This document shows, piece after piece, positions 23,788-24,000 of a stretch of DNA of 24,000 nt (position 1 is its first letter; each line of letters starts with the position of its first letter). Below the pieces are notes generated by a model. The model was not told the DNA's origin, ran no database searches, and saw only the letters and a program-made list of their open reading frames with translations. The translations under genes were made by a program, and so were the position numbers. Source of the DNA: Methanomicrobium sp. (GTDB taxonomy: Archaea > Halobacteriota > Methanomicrobia > Methanomicrobiales > Methanomicrobiaceae); the NCBI GenBank assembly GCA_017412625.1, contig JAFPWZ010000011.1, positions 16,470 to 40,469 of the forward strand, read 5' to 3'.

Positions 23788-24000
23788 ATGGCTGTTAAAA
23801 AAGGCGACTTTATAAAGCTTAACTATACAGGATCGGCAGACGGTATCATCTTTGATACCACAAGCGAAGCAGTGGCAAAAGAGAACGGAACTCATGTCGA
23901 CGGCAAAAAATACGAGCCTATCGTAATCTGCATCGGCGCAGGTCAGGTAATCCCCGGACTCGACGAAGCCCTCGAAGGACACGCGATCGGTCAGGAATAC
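23788..24000 (+). CDS. FKBP-type peptidyl-prolyl cis-trans isomerase (N-terminal part; runs off the window end)
   Basis: Open-ended, so absent from the ORF track. ATG 23788 is preceded by AGGTG (23777-23781). The translation is MAVKKGDFIKLNYTGSADGIIFDTTSEAVAKENG...IVICIGAGQVIPGLDEALEGHAIGQEY, which carries the archaeal FKBP/SlyD-like N-terminal signature. Confidence 0.85.
   Translation, partial: MAVKKGDFIKLNYTGSADGIIFDTTSEAVAKENGTHVDGKKYEPIVICIGAGQVIPGLDEALEGHAIGQEY

Noticed and set aside
23785-23982. A 65-aa minus-strand ORF at the right edge.
   Set aside because: It is the antisense shadow of the open-ended FKBP gene (23788-24000, +), which has a strong family signature and an AGGTG SD.
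1-24000. Mobile elements, prophage, defence islands, tRNA or rRNA genes.
   Set aside because: I found no integrase, transposase or recombinase-like ORFs, no long terminal inverted repeats, no tRNA-like T-loop (GGTTCGAATC-type) motif, and no abrupt compositional island apart from the short AT-rich spacers.

Overview
This is a gene-dense housekeeping region of a euryarchaeon. The gene content looks Methanomicrobia-like, but that taxon call is inference. I support 25 protein-coding genes, two of which are open-ended at the window edges and so absent from the ORF track: L24e at 1-126 (-) and an FKBP isomerase at 23788-24000 (+). One non-coding gene is also invisible to the ORF track, an RNase P RNA at about 13700-14011 (+). 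Recognisable genes are the L7Ae-S28e-L24e operon, a DUF2298 (YYY) membrane protein with a UPF0104 flippase-like protein, CetZ tubulin with a coupled type-I membrane protein, and an NfnAB/SudAB-like flavoprotein pair. Further along are tgtA overlapping arcS, AMMECR1, an HTH-CBS regulator, archaeal TIM, aMBF1 and two convergent PAN paralogues flanking an orphan gene. The right end holds a DUF126/AcnX small subunit, a radical SAM/SPASM enzyme, a B12-like radical SAM enzyme overlapping a metallophosphoesterase, and a CYTH protein. I saw no transposase, integrase, CRISPR array, tRNA or rRNA. The items most worth a second look are: (1) the SPASM radical SAM enzyme, which has a 9-Cys acidic insertion and no separate precursor ORF; (2) cetZ coupled to an uncharacterised membrane protein; (3) the orphan acidic-tailed gene downstream of the second PAN; (4) several short AT-rich tandem-repeat arrays at gene 3' ends that share a GAT(T)TAATTT core; (5) very compact divergent promoters that imply leaderless mRNAs. 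All family assignments come from motif recognition by eye, with no searches run.
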